Source of the DNA: Ginglymostoma cirratum
Lineage: Eukaryota
Length of the DNA: 64,000 nucleotides
Reading direction: 5' to 3'
Assembly (NCBI GenBank): GCA_024137785.1
Contig: JAHRHZ010000263.1
Coordinates: 43,732,721 to 43,796,720, forward strand
Shown here: one piece after another, positions 38,453-52,607 of the stretch
How positions within the stretch are numbered: the first letter of the stretch is position 1
Layout of the letters: each line of letters starts with the position of its first letter
Program-made: the position numbers and the translations under genes
The notes under the pieces: model-generated
Seen by the model: the letters and a program-made list of their open reading frames with translations, nothing else
Database searches by the model: none
Told to the model about the DNA's origin: nothing

Positions 38453-38813
38453 ATCATAGAATCATAGAACTCTAGAGTGTGGAAGTAGGCCATTCAGCCA
38501 ATGTAGTCCACACCAACCCTCCAAAGAGCATCCACCCCTCTATCCTATCGCTGTAACTCTGCATTTACCATGACTAATCCTCCTAACCTACACTTCCCTA
38601 GACAATATGGGCAATTTAGCATGGCCAATCCACCTCACGTGCAAGTTTTTTGCACTGTGGGAAGAAACAGGAGTACCTGGAGGAAACCAACACGGACATG
38701 GTGAGAACATGCCACTCCACACAGACAGACACACAGTCATCCATGGCTGGAACTGAAGCCAGGTCTCTGGCGCTGCGATGCTACAGCGCTAACCACTGAG
38801 CCACCATCCTGCC
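38453..38813 (-). mobile_element. HE1-type V-SINE
   Basis: Head GGCAGGATGGTGGCTCAGTGGTTAGCGCTG, V domain and CR1-type (GATTCTAT)n tail. Confidence 0.88.
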
Positions 38814-38859
38814 AAAAATTATTCACTTTTTTGTCTCAAAGCATCTAGAGAGATATAGA

Positions 38860-39423
38860 GATAGCAGGAACTGCCGATGCTGGAGTCTGAGCTGTAGAGC
38901 TGGATGAACACAGCAGGCTAGACAGCATCAGAGGAGCAGGAAAGCTGACATTTTGGGTCTGGGCCCTTTTTCAGAAATGGGGGAGGGGATGGGGACTCTG
39001 GAATAAATAGGTGGAGACGATGATGGAAGCTGGACAAAGGAGCAGATAGGTAGGAGAGAAGATGGACAAGTCAAGGAGGCAGGGATGGAGCCAGTAAAGG
39101 TGAGTGTAGGTAGGGAGTTGGATGGGGGTTGGTCAGTTGGGAAGACGGACAGGTCAAGGAGGCAGGGACGAGCTGGGCTGGTCTTGGGAGGTCGTCAGGG
39201 TGGGGAGATTTTGAAGCTTGTGAAGTCCATATTGAGACCATTGGGCTGCAGGGTTCCCAAGCGAAATATGGAGGTGCTGTTCCTGCAACCTTCGGGTGGC
39301 ATCATCGTGGCTCTGGAGGAGGCCTAGGATGGACACATTGTCCAAGGAGTGGGAGGGGGAGTTGAAGTGGTTCGTGACTGGGAGGTGCGGTCGTTTGTCA
39401 TGAATCAAGCGTAAGTGTTCCAC
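38860..39423 (-). mobile_element. Penelope-like element 3' fragment (GIY-YIG tail plus pLTR)
   Basis: EHLRLIHDKRPHLPVTNHFNSPSHS...RRLQEQHL; flanks AGATATAGAG act as TSD. Confidence 0.9.
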
Positions 39424-39589
39424 AGATATAGAGAGGCCACCTGATTAGATGACGACTTAAAAACTGTATTTTCATATCATTTTGATTATATAGTCACTAT
39501 GGATGAGTGAAATTCCAATTATTTGTTGTTGACTAGAAAATATCAGAGGTTGGGTACAATTGCTTGTAGACATTAAAAATATTTAAATT

Positions 39590-39930
39590 TAACACCTTTA
39601 TCCAGGAATTCAAGTATGTCAATGTCCTCAAATCCTCCATTCTTGCAACCTTTTCTAAACATACAACTCTGGAGGGATCTCTGCACACCTCCAATTCTGA
39701 ATCTCCAATTTCCATTGCCCACCTGCTTGGGCATTAAATTCTGGAATTTCTTCTCAGGCCTACTCTCCTCCTTCACGATGCTCTTTAAAAACATCTTCCT
39801 TGGCCAAACATTTGGTCATCTGTCATAATATCCCCTGTGGCTAGGTATCAAGCTTTGCCTTAATTGCCCTCTTATGATGTTTCTTGGGTACATTTCATCA
39901 TACTGAAAGTAGTTTGTCAATACAAGTTGT
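39590..39930 (+). mobile_element. L2 LINE 3' fragment
   Basis: CTGGAATT...CTCCTTCACGATGCTCTTTAAAAC...TTTGGTCATCTGTC.TAATATC tail. Confidence 0.65.
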
Positions 39931-40759
39931 TGTTACTAATCCAATGCTGTTCAACTAACACAGACTGCACTAAATATCTTGGAGAAGTTTTTCCCCTCCT
40001 CCTTCTCGACAACACCACCCCACCCCACCTGAAATAATTCTGGAACTGATTTTAGTTGAGAAAAACTAGCCATTTCCAGAGATCTAAAAAAAAAAAGTTT
40101 ACCAGGACCATGGCTGGCTTGTGTAATGCAGTCAGATAAACGACCCCTTTTTCATTGCTTGCAGAATTCAGAAATTCACAAGTAAAAAGGAAACCCAAGT
40201 ATTTCTCCCACCGCCACACTCAGATTCTCTAAATGTTAGTGTTAGTAAAACACAAGAACATCTGCTGGCATACCCCTCAGCTCCAAGAATCCACACCCTG
40301 ACCTGACCGAATGACAGTGCTCCTGAAGTCCAGTACCAGAACCCCTCACCAGTTCTAATAAAACCTTACGAAAGCCACTCCTCCTTACTACTGTTAAGCA
40401 TCACTTTTTCTGTATGTCCTCAGGTTTTCATAAGTATTAAGAAAAAGGATAAAAACATTAATACTCCAGAAGGGAGGTACATATAATGCAATGGCTATTA
40501 ATTTATGAATAAGCCACCCATTGGTTTTTATGAAAGAAAGAAGCATTATCGTTTCCATGTAACCCACTGCCCCCAAAAGAAAGAAATCCAGAGAAAATCC
40601 CTCAATATGATTTGGTTTACTATGACCCAGATCAGGACATTATGTTGTTTACTACCAATTTCAACTTGTATTTAAATAGCACCTTTCATATCCCAAATTA
40701 CTTCACAGAAGTACAATCAGACTAAAACAGACACAAACCACGTCATACTTTGGACAAAG

Positions 40760-42850
40760 TTAACAAGGTGTGGACCTGGATGAATACAGCAGGCCAGGCA
40801 GCATCAGACGTTTCGGGTCTAGACCCTTCTTCAGAAATGGGGGAGGGGAAGGGGGCTCTGAAATAAATAGCCGGGGGTGAGGCAGTGATAGAAGGTGGAT
40901 AGTGGAGCAGATAGGTGGTGGAGAGAAGACGGACAGGTCAAGGAGGCAGGGATGAGGTGGGGGTGCTGGTCTTGGGATGAGGTCGGGGGTGGGGAGATTT
41001 TGAAGCTTGTAAAGTCCACATTGAGACCACTGGGTTGCAGGGTTCCCAGGCGGAAAAGGTGCTGTTCTTCCAGTTTTCAGGTGGCATCGTTGTGACACTG
41101 GAGGAGGCCCAGGGTGGACATGTCGTCCAGGGAGTGGGAGGGGGATTTGAAGTGGTTCGCGACTGGAAGGTGTAGTCGTTTGTCGCGAACCGAGCGTAAG
41201 TTCTCCGAGCGGTCCATGAGCTTCTGCTTGGTCTCCCGAAGTAGAAGAAGCCACACTGAGAACAGCGGACACAATAGACCACATTAGCGGATGTGCAGGT
41301 GAACATCTGTTTAATGTGGAAGGTTTTCTTGGGGTCTGGGATGGAGGTGAGGGGGTAGTTGTAGGGGCAGGTGTAGCACCTCCTGTGTTTGCAGGGAATA
41401 GTGCCAGGGGTGGTGGGGCTAGTGAGGAGTGTGGAGCGGACGAGGGCGTCGTGAAGAGAGCGATCCCTACTGGAAGGCAGTTATGGGTGGGGAGGGAAAT
41501 ATATCCTTGGTAGTGGGGTCAGATTGCAGGTGGCGGAAGTGGCAGAGAATGATGCATTGAATCTGGAGGTTAATGGGGTGATATGTGAGGACAAGGGAAT
41601 TCTGTCTTTGTTTTTAATTGCGGGGAGGGCTGAGGTGCGGGAAACGCAAGAGATGCGATTGAGGACATTTTCGACCAATGTTAAGGGGGGGAAATTGTGG
41701 CCCTTGAAAAGTGAAGACATCTGGGATGTCCGGGAGGGGAACGCCTCATCTTGGGAGCAGATGCAGCAGAGGCAAAGGAATTGGGAATAGGGGATCGCAT
41801 CCTTGCGGGAAGGTGGGTGAAAGGAGGTGTATTCTTGGTAACTGTGGGAGTTGGTGGGCTTGAAATAGATATCAGTTTCTAGATGGTTACCACAGATGGA
41901 GACAGAGGGGTCCAGGAAGAAGAGAGAGGTATCAGAGATGGTCCAGGTGAATTTGAGGTTGCAGTGGAAGGTGTTAGTAAAATGGATGAACTGTTCGAGC
42001 TCCTCATGGGAGCACGAGGCAGCGCCAATACAGTCATTGTTATAATGGAGGAAGAGCTGGGGGATAGTGCCAGTGTAGCCACGGAACAGGGACTGTTCCA
42101 CATATCCTACAAAGAGGCAACATGCGGGTGCCCATGGCCACCCCCTTCGTCTGTAGGAAGTGGGAGGAGTTGAAGGAGAAGGTGGTGTTAAGGGTAAGGA
42201 CGAGCTCGGTTAGGTGGATAAGGATGTTGGTGGAGGGGGACTGGTCGGACCTGCGGGTGAGGAAGCAGCAGGGGGCTTTTAGGCCATCTGCATGGGAAAT
42301 GCAAGTATATGGGGAATTGGACGTCCATGGTGAAGATGGGGTGTTGAGGGCCAGGGAATCGGAAGTTTTGGAGGTGGTGGAGAGAGTGGGTGGTGTCCCG
42401 GATGTAGGTGGGGAGTTCCTGGACCGGGAGGAGAAAGTGGAGTCGAGATAAGTTCGGTGGGGCAGGGGCAGGAACAGGAACAGGCAGAGACAATGGGTCG
42501 ACCAGAGCAGTGGGGTTTAATGGATTTTGGGAAGGAGATAGAAACAGGCGGTGCAGGGTTGGGGAACGATGAGGTTGGACACAGTGGGTGGGAGGTGTCT
42601 TTCAAGGGGGCGGTAGGAGGAGGCGTCAGAGAGTTGGCGCCTGGCCTCGGCGATGTAAAAGGTCAGTGTGCCATACCAGAGCTGTGCCTCCCTCGTCCAC
42701 GGGTTCTATAGTGAGGTTAGGGTTGGAGTGGAGGGAACAGAAGGCTGCACGTTCTGTGGGGGAAGAGGTTGGAGTGAGAGAGACGGGTGGAGAGGTTGAG
42801 GCAATTGATGTTGCTACAGCAGTTAGAGATGAAGAGGTCCAGGGAGATCT
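40760..42850 (-). mobile_element. Penelope-like retroelement (Neptune-type): RT, Cys linker and GIY-YIG, 5'-truncated and disrupted
   Basis: GRPIVSACSC, FTMDVQ, GVAMGTRM, degenerate catalytic motif (HYNND for RYIDD), TDIYFKPT.SH.Y..Y.S.HP, IPYSQFL; linker PC..RRCYTCP; FTCTSANVVYCVRCSQCG..Y.G. pLTR with hammerhead at 40807-40834. Confidence 0.93.
40807..40837 (-). ncRNA. Minimal hammerhead ribozyme motif (PLE type)
   Basis: CUGAAGA-AGGGUCUAGACCC-GAAAC-GUC on the minus strand, with a perfect stem II. Confidence 0.6.
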
Positions 42851-44504
42851 TTCAAGGGGATGGTAGGAGATTACTGTGACAGTTGTGACAGTCTGCTCTC
42901 AATATATTACAAAGCTCCATAGATCATATTGATTCAAAACTGAAATCTAATGCAAAGACAATTTTGTCCTACCATGAGCAAAGTTACCTTCAACAGGCTA
43001 ATTTTTCCACACGACAAAGTGCAAGTCAAATCAACAGGTGCAACAGACCACACTTAACAATCAAAAGCTACAAGAACTTCACACCGCCAGCCTGAGAATT
43101 AAAGACAACACTTTTAAAATTACTTTTACAATTAGCTGAACTTCACCTTACTAACTCCTGGCTTTCCACTATAATTGGGCAAGTATTTAAATGCATCAGT
43201 TTCCCTCCCTCCAAAAACATAATGGTTCCACACATTTTCATCTTGTTAGCACATCTGTCAAACCATGTTTAAAACAGGTCAATGATTAAACCCAGATTTA
43301 ATAGCCACAATATATGCACTTTCCATTCACAGGAAAAAAAAAGGGACAGATGATGTTTCCAATCTGCTTTACATGGTATTGTGTTTAATTACCTACAAAG
43401 CAATTTGAGTACAAGGCATATTTGACATACACAAGTAACATTTTGCTGGAAAAAAAAAGTTATTACAAAAAAAAAAAAAACCAGCCACAGCATCATTCTC
43501 CAACTCCCCATAAGCAATGCCAAGGGCGATCAGAGAATCAGTGAATCATACAGAACAGAAGTGGCTGTTCGGCCCAACAAGTCTGCACGGCCAAAAGCTG
43601 CACTAAATCTACACTGAACCCACCTCCAGCATGAGGCGCATAGCCTTAAATGTTAATACACTCAAGGACTTTTTGATGGCGGAGAGGTTTCCTGCCTCAA
43701 CTATCCTCCCAGGTGTTAAGTAGCTCTCCTATTTCTAACTAATCACAGCTAACTCATTGCTTATCAACTAGAAAACTATTTTCCAGAGAGTTAATGGCAC
43801 AGTGACAGTGCATAACAGATCATCACATCAAACACTATCTAGTGAAGGCAGTGCATATAAAAGTAGACCATTTATTTCCAATTCTTGCAACAGGAATTAT
43901 GCCAAAGGCAAAAAATAAGCACTCTCAGGATAACATTAAGAAAATGAAAAAGGTACAAATGGCAGTCAGTCAATGAATCACTCAATTCAGTAAAATCATC
44001 CAAATCTAGCAGGAAATCTAGTAGAACAATAAACAGGCATTTTTCCAGCTGAACAGCACTATACTGAGTAATTGCTTGGTTTGTTTGCTGCAAAGGAACA
44101 TCACATGCACCTGTTATGCAGTTGTACACTAGAATAGTATATCCTCCGAGATTAGATAGTGTAAATTTTACGAATTTCAAAACTGCTGTATGACACCAGT
44201 TCCTTTGTAAGAAAACATATAGACATCCCAATTTGTGTAAAGAGTGACAGCCGTTCTCTACGAACAGATCACCACATCCCACTATATACTTAAAAATAAT
44301 GTTGTTAGACCCAGGTATAAACCTCAAAGTATGGAATCCTGGAGCTTTGCAGTACAGAAAGTGGTTTTTCAATCCATCACATCACTTGAGAAATCCCGGA
44401 AAATGTAGCAATTTACCCAATTTCACAAAGCGAAAATGGTCTTGGTCTCATTTGTCCGATTCCAGTCAAATGTTCATTTATCAAAACATGTTGCTTTAAA
44501 TAGT

Positions 44505-45190
44505 ATCAGAGATAAAAGGTACTGCAGATGCTGGAGAATCCGAGATAACAAGCATGGGGCTGGATGAATACAGCAGGTCAAGCAGCATCATAGGAGCAGG
44601 AAAACTTGACATTTCGGGCCTAAACCCTTCATCAGAAATGGGGGAGGGGAAGAGGGTTCTGAAATAAATAGGGAGAGAGGGGGAGGCGGATAGAGGATGG
44701 ATAGAGGAGAGGATAGGTGGAGAGGAGGCAGACAAGTCGAAGAGGCGGGGATGGAGCCAGTAAAGGTGAGTGTAGGTAGGGGGGTAGGGAGGAGATAGGT
44801 CAGTCCAGGGAGGATGGACAGGTCAAGGGGGTGGGATGAGGTTAGTAGATAGGAGATGGGGGTGAGGCTTGAGGTGGGAGGAGGGGATAGGTGAGAGGAA
44901 GGACAGGTTAGGGAGGTGGGGACGAGCTGGGCTGGTTTTGGGATGCGGTTGGGGGAGGGGAGATTTTGAAGCTTGTGACATCCACATTGATGCCATTGGG
45001 CTGCAGGGTTCCCAGGCTGAATATGATTTGCTGTTCCTGCAGCCTTTGGGTGGCATCACTGTGGCATTGCAGGAGGCCCAGGATGGATATGTCATCTGAG
45101 GAATGGGAGGGGGAGTTGAAATGGTTCGCGACTGGAAGGTGCAGTTGTTTGTTGCGAACTGAGCGCAGGTGTTCTGCAAAGCGGTCACCA
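44505..45190 (-). mobile_element. Penelope-like element 3' fragment
   Basis: LGDRFAEHLRSVRNKQLHLPVANHFNSPSHS...LGTLQPNGINVD; pLTR with CUGAUGA...GAAAUGUC near 44607-44636. Confidence 0.92.
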
Positions 45191-45389
45191 AGCCCAATAG
45201 ACATTTGTTTACTTCCCTAAATGCTGCTTACAAAATAAAACAAACAATAACGCACATCAGCATTTCTACCATGTACCCAAATCATGCAAATTTGGCACAT
45301 GAGGCTGGCTGGTGACCTGCTATTTCCCAAATGATGGAGTTAAGATACGACTGAAGTGGGAAAAAACATACAACTTCAAAACAAAATAA

Positions 45390-45770
45390 CTTTCCTCAGT
45401 GTTTCATCACATTTAACCACCTCAACACACTTCACAATTTTTTTTTGGAGTGCAGATGTTGTTATGCCAGAAAGTACTGCAGCTATTTGGTGCCAGCACA
45501 TAATGCAATGACTGGCTGGTCCATCTGTTTTGTTGGTGGTAGAGGTTGAAGGAGGGATGTTGGCCAAGCAACCGTGATAACTCTCCATTTTCTTGCAATC
45601 CTCAACATGAAATCTTTCAAGTCTACACTGATTTAATATCAACTTAAAAACAGTCCCTCTGACAATGCTTCGCTCTGTTTGTGCACTGGAGTAACAGCCA
45701 GGATCACGTATGGTTGTAGCTCCCCAGCCTATAACCCTTCCACCCAAATGCCACCAACAGGTTCAAGCTG
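45390..45770 (-). mobile_element. DeuSINE (SacSINE1-like)
   Basis: Reverse reads GGCTG.TACTCCAGTGCA...GAGCGAAGCATTGTCAGAGGG.CTGT...TTGGCCAACAT.CCTCC.TCAACC. Confidence 0.7.
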
Positions 45771-46449
45771 ATCCGCTCTATGAAAGGTCTCCGTCTGATG
45801 CTGCTGGTTCTGCTTTTATTCCTAGATTTATTTTGCACTGTCCAGTATTTCACTAAAATAGTAAGGGGGGCGGAAGGACACACATTAGAAGAAATTGAAA
45901 TAATCAAACTCCTGCTTCACAATTCCATTAATCTTGGTGTTTCTGTTCCAACATGCAGCATCACTAGAAATCCCACACTCACTAACTCGGGCCTGCTTGT
46001 CTGATACTGCTCCATTGAGGTCTGGCTCAGCCAAGCAGTTGATGTTTTCGGCTCCACATGAAGTGGTGTTTTCCTGCCAAAGACAATTTGCTAACATTGA
46101 TAAGTATATAGCCCAAAACAACCGGAGACATTTTCGTGAAAATAAATAGGCAAAGGGAATACGTGGAAGCCAAAGACGTGTCAAGTTTCTTAATCCCGTG
46201 ATGATGTGTTTAACGTTAAGTCTTTTAAAAAAAACCCGACAGGACAAGCTTCATCCTTGATGTTGAGTCTGTGGTGCAAAACATACCGAGCGTTTCGTAG
46301 TTGAATGTAAAAAAAAAACCAATGCTTACACAGTTACCTAATGAAAAAAAAAAATCAATGCGCAGTTACCATGCCGTTTATTTTTTGAACCGATCTATGA
46401 ATAATCAGAAGAGGGTTGCAGTAGCTCTGGGCAACACTGTGATGCAGCA

Positions 46450-47300
<851 letters not shown>

Positions 47301-47399
47301 TTGTACATTTTAATTAAAGCTCTTCGGGTTTATTTTTGCCGCACGAATACCATCACCCTGTCCATAACGCTATTTCAAAGTAGTGGAGGGTGTTTTGGC

Positions 47400-47660
47400 T
47401 AATACTTTTCGCTGAATCGACATTGCAAAAAAAATTGCTCATTATCACATGATTGCGTGCGGGAGCTTGCAGTCCACATACTGGCTGACGCGTTTCCTAT
47501 ATAACTACAACAGTGAGCAACGTTAATGAAGCGTTCAGAGATAGCTGACCCGAAACGTCAACTTTCATGCTTCTCTGATGCTGCCTGGCCTGCTGTGTTC
47601 CTCGAGCTCCACACCTTGTTATCTCAGACTCCAGTATCGGCAGTTCCTACTATCTCCAAT
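47400..47660 (+). mobile_element. DeuSINE fragment followed by PLE pLTR, immediately upstream of SLC9A7
   Basis: TCATTATCACAT..TTGCGTGCGGGAGCTTGCAGT...CTGGCTGACGCGTTTCCTA; then CCCGAAACGTCAACTTTC...CACCTTGTTATCTC. Confidence 0.7.
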
Positions 47661-48479
47661 TTTTTTAAGTTGCGTTAGACTTAATGATTCCAAATTACAA
47701 TTCCTTGTGTCACTGTTTTTTTTGAAAAAATCTTCATCTAAGGGAACATTTGCTTTGTGTCTGACAGGGCCAGTGATCCTCATGAACAATTGTCATCAAT
47801 CCAGATTTGGATCCTACAGTTTTGTTTTTGCAAAGCAAAAGCAAAATATTGCAGAACCTTAAAATCTGAAATAAAAGCTCATCATACCCAGCAGGTCGAG
47901 CAGTGTGAGGGGAGAGAGAGATCAGTGAAAGTTTCCATTTGACAGCTGTTCATCACAACTTGTTTGTAAACAAGTTGGTAATTCTAGGATGTAAATTAAA
48001 TGCCAAACAATCCAGCATCCCCAATTTTCACTTAGATAGTTCCTGCATCATTGATATAGTTTCTGATTCAAGAAAATGCATCTTTTGGATTAGTCACAGG
48101 CAGGAACAGGTGAAAAGGTGACGAAGACAAAGGAAAATAAGGAAGGTGACAAAACTACTCAAAATGATCGATGTTAAGGAGAGTGTTAAAGGTGAAGATG
48201 CAAAAAGGCTTCTGTAGGGGGACCTGCTCTTGTACTGAGGGAGGAGATGATAACAACACAGGTGCCAATCTGGTCGACATAAGTGGATAATGTTTAAAAG
48301 GCAGGAATAGGCGATTTCACAGGGTTGGAAATTGGTGTGGTGGATTACAGGTTAAAGGACAGGACAGGTCTTTCAGGCATTCAAACAAGAAATTGAACTG
48401 TAGCTGCTGCTATTGTTACTTGCCAGAGCCTCTTAATGTTCAATAGTGTCATTGTTTCTGAATCCATCACTAGCAGGAT

Positions 48480-48950
48480 TATCAGAAAATGCAGGAAAGT
48501 GGACTTGAAGATTATTAGATTAGCTACTATCTCACTAAAAATTGGATCAGACTTGATGATCTGAATGGCCCATTTCTGCTCCTATGTCTTATGGTCTAAT
48601 TAATATTAGAAATGAAATAAGTCAATATCTGGATGAAGAGAAAATAGATGGAAGACGCCAAAATGGATTTCAGGAAGGAAGGTCATGCTGGACTAACCTG
48701 AGAAAAATTCTATGAGAAGTGACAGATATGGTAAGTGAGAGAAATCCAGTGGCTATAGTTTATTGAAACTTTCAGAAAACCTTTGAAAAGGTGCCATACA
48801 GGAAACTATTGCAAAAGGTTAACAGATATGAGTAGCAAGCATTGGAACAGAGAGGGCAACAAATTACCTTGATAGCAAATAATGAGTAGGAATTGAAGGG
48901 TATATCTTAGACTGGTTATAAATGTGTCTCCAACTAAAGATTCTTGTTCT
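48480..48950 (+). mobile_element. Old CR1 fragments
   Basis: CR1 tail, then ATGGATTTCAGGAAGGAAGGTCATGCTGGACTAACCTG (HGF..GRSCLTNL) and TTTCAGAAAACCTTTGAAAAGGTGCCA (FQKAFDKVP). Confidence 0.65.
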
Positions 48951-48959
48951 GGGACCACT

Positions 48960-51900
48960 TCTATTCGCTGCAGTGACCCACAACAACTACTTACATTAGG
49001 ACAGCACCTCTTTAATGTAAGAAGGCATCCCAATACCACATATGACTGAGCCACACAAGAAATGTTGGGCGGATGGCCAAAAAATTTCTCAAAAACTTAA
49101 GTCTAAAGAAATATTTTAAGACAATAAAAAGGTGTTGGGTGTGAATTCCAGAGCACAGGGGCTAGACCACTTCAAGTACGGCCACCAAGTCTGAAGCAAT
49201 TAAAATCAGGGTGCTCGAGAGATCAAAATTAAATGAATGCAATTACCTCAGAGGGTTATGGCATGGAGGAGATTACAGAGGTAGAGTGGGATGAGACCAT
49301 AGAGGAAACAGAAAACATGATGAAAATTTTAATATAAGATAACAAGGTGTAGAGCTGGATCAACACAGCAGGCCAAGCAGCATCAGAGGAGCAGGAAAGC
49401 TGACGTTTCGTATCTGGACCATTTTTCAGATTTCTGAAGAAGGGTCCAGACCTGAAACATCAGCTTTCCTGCTCNNNNNNNNNNNNNNNNNNNNNNNNNN
49501 NNNNNNNNNNNNNNNNNNNNNNNNNNNNNNNNNNNNNNNNNNNNNNNNNNNNNNNNNNNNNNNNNNNNNNNNNNNNNNNNNNNNNNNNNNNNNNNNNNNN
49601 NNNNNNNNNNNNNNNNNNNNNNNNNNNNNNNNNNNNNNNNNNNNNNNNNNNNNNNNNNNNNNNNNNNNNNNNNNNNNNNNNNNNNNNNNNNNNNNNNNNN
49701 NNNNNNNNNNNNNNNNNNNNNNNNNNNNNNNNNNNNNNNNNNNNNNNNNNNNNNNNNNNNNNNNNNNNNNNNNNNNNNNNNNNNNNNNNNNNNNNNNNNN
49801 NNNNNNNNNNNNNNNNNNNNNNNNNNNNNNNNNNNNNNNNNNNNNNNNNNNNNNNNNNNNNNNNNNNNNNNNNNAGCATCAGAGGAGCAGGAAAGCTGAC
49901 GTTTCGGGCCTAGACCTTCAGGTCAGCTTTCCTGCTCCTCTGATGCTGCTTGGCCTGCTGTGTTGATCCAGCTCTACACCTTGTTATCTCAGATTCTCCA
50001 GCATTGGCAGTTCCTACTATCTATGAAAATTTTAATGTCAAGATTGAGCTTGACTGGGAACCAACTTAATTCTGAACACATTTAGATGATAGGTAAATGG
50101 AATTCTGTGAAGGTTAAGTCTTGTTGTGAGGAGCTGATTTTTAAATGACCTCAAATTTGCAGAGGATAGAATGTGGGAGACCTATTAGAAGTATTTAAGA
50201 TAGTCAAGTCTAGAGATAACAAAGGCAAGAATGGATGTTTCAGTAGGAGATGAGCTTAGACAAGGGCAAAGTTGAGGATGTTAGACAGCGAGGAAATGTG
50301 CAATAGTAGAGCTGCCATGGATATACGAATGGAAGGTCACCTTGGGGTCAAATATTACAAGCAGACAGGTTTAGTCTCAGACTGTTGTCAGACAGAAGGA
50401 TTGAGTCGATTGCCTTCAATCTTCATAAGAATGGATGAGAATATGCATTTGTGATGGGACTCACTGACTGTCTATGTTAATGCATTGGAATAGTTTTTAA
50501 AACATTTTAATCAAAGTTAGACCTCTGTGATATGGTCATTTTCTTTTTTTTATTTTATTATTCATTTACATGCAATTCTTGGATAAACAATCAATGTAAA
50601 TAATTTCTGTTTGGATAATAAAGTGGAATTTTAAAAATTCCTAGTATTTAATGGGAGGAAATCTCACATCCAATACAGGATGTCAGATAAGCAGTCTGAT
50701 AATTTAGCAATAATGAAGGAAGTAAGAGAGATGGCAGTGAACTACATTTAGAACTAATATTGTGCCTTTGGATACTGTCATGGAGGGTAATCTAGAAGAG
50801 ATGATTTAGATGAGAAATAACAGAGATCCATGATTGAATCTTGAGGGCTACCAAAATAACTGTGTGGAAGTGGGAGAGGAGGAACTGCAAGTAATAGGCT
50901 ACAATTAGATTAATAAGAATGAAAATTAGATGAGAGTAGTCCCATCCAGCTGGATGACAGGGGAGAAGAGTTGGTAAAGGATGGTATGGTCACGTGTGTC
51001 AAACATTGCAGGTAGGTTGAGAAGGATGAAAAGGGATAGTTTACCCTTGTCACAATCTCACAGGATATCATTTGTGACTTTGATTCAACTTTGACTCAAT
51101 CCCTCTCTCTGGAAACAGTCTGAGACCAAATCTGTCTGCTTGTAACCATTTCAGTTCTGTGACAAAGCGATAATCTGACTGCAGGGATTCAAGCATGGAA
51201 TGCTGAGAAAATTGGGAACAGGTTTGAGAGGTGACAGCACATTCAAGGACTTTAGACAGGGAAGGGAGATTGGAGATGGGATGGCAGTTTGTAAATTCAG
51301 CGGGGTTAAAGGTTTTTTTATGAGGAGAAAGCTGGTGGTGGCAGATTTCAAGGAAGGGCAATAGCTGAAAGAAGAGAACTGTTCACCTTATTGGCCACCA
51401 TGATAAAGGGATACAGAGTGGGAGAGTGTAACGGAGCAGCTGCAGTAATGTTCTGTTGAACAGACAGCAGAAGATTCAACAGCTAAAATTGTAGATGCAA
51501 CTGAAATGAATTGGGGGATAGTCTTTTCCATTGGTGGATACGAATGGAAGTAGGATTGGGACATGGAAGGGTTGTCAGTAGTGGGTGTTACAGGAAGTGA
51601 TTGGAACTGCCCTTATATTTGATTGATATAATAAAACAAAGAAGACCATATGAGATAGCAGTGTCAAGGGAGTTGATTGTGAATATGGACTGGAAAGTTT
51701 ACATGGGGGAGAGATTTAGGAAGGATAGAAGGTAGTGAAAGCCGTGGAAAAAGAGCTTGATTCATAAGCTGGAGCTTGAAATTATCAAAAATGAGAAGTT
51801 GTTCCATACAGAGACTGAAGGAGGAAGAAAATGAAGATCTTTCAGTAATAACATTTTTTGTATACTTGAGAAGGGAGTACAAAAGTATGATTTTAAAAGA

Positions 51901-52370
51901 GAGATGAGGGGTTGGACCAAGATGAGATGCTCAAAGGAAAAATTCCCAGAGGAGTAGCGGGTTAGATCAAGGTCTGACCTGTTGATAAGTGCCCCACTGC
52001 CACCCCAAAGTGTTCACTGGGCAAATGGTGGAAGATAAAGCCAGGTATGTAGACATCATTAAGGGGAATGGTATCTTCACTCTCAACCAGGTTTTCATGA
52101 AGGCAATGATGATATTGATGCAATAATCTTGAGTACATGCATGGATAACAAAGACCTTATTTAAATGTGAATGGATATCCTGTAGGGAGGTACATTGCGG
52201 GCTGGTGAGAGCAGAGTCAGTAGGGCCAGTGGTGGGAGCTGTGTGTTGGACAGGAAAAAGATTGGCAAAATTGACCCTCAGTGCTTACATCACACAGGAA
52301 GGTAGATGATCAAGGGTTGCTGCCACCACTTGCCTTAATGAATACTTTGGAGGATGCACAGAGGGAACCT
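48960..52370 (-). mobile_element. Long decayed L2 LINE interrupted by a PLE palindrome
   Basis: Minus-strand KKTFNPAEFTNCHPISNLPSLSKVLECAV...LESLQS (L2 RT N-part); L2 3' tail near 48990-49300. Confidence 0.75.
49334..50022. mobile_element. Palindromic PLE pLTR element spanning a 400-N gap
   Basis: Inverted outer arms; 14-bp TSD ATGAAAATTTTAAT at 49320-49333 and 50023-50036; gap 49475-49874. Confidence 0.85.
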
Positions 52371-52607
52371 GTAGCCACAGAGTCATACAGCATAGAAACA
52401 AGTCCTTCGGCCCACCATGTATGTGCCAACCTACGAACACCAAACTGCATTCAACCCATTTACCTGCACTTGGTCCATAGCCTTACCTAGGAAGGAAATG
52501 AGCCTGGAACAAAAACAACAGAGAAGGTAACATGAGGAATATTGAAGAACTGTGAAGGGAATTGTAAAGGCAGGGTACCGAGTGTGGGGAAGAGAAAGAG
52601 ACAGGCC

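Noticed and set aside
40760-42850. Active or domesticated Penelope ORF
   Set aside because: Catalytic YIDD is mutated, with multiple frameshifts and 5' truncation.
43872-44372. 166-aa minus-strand ORF in non-repeat DNA
   Set aside because: No recognisable motif, atypical Cys/Leu/Phe-rich composition and no clear splice signals; compatible with chance in 64 kb.
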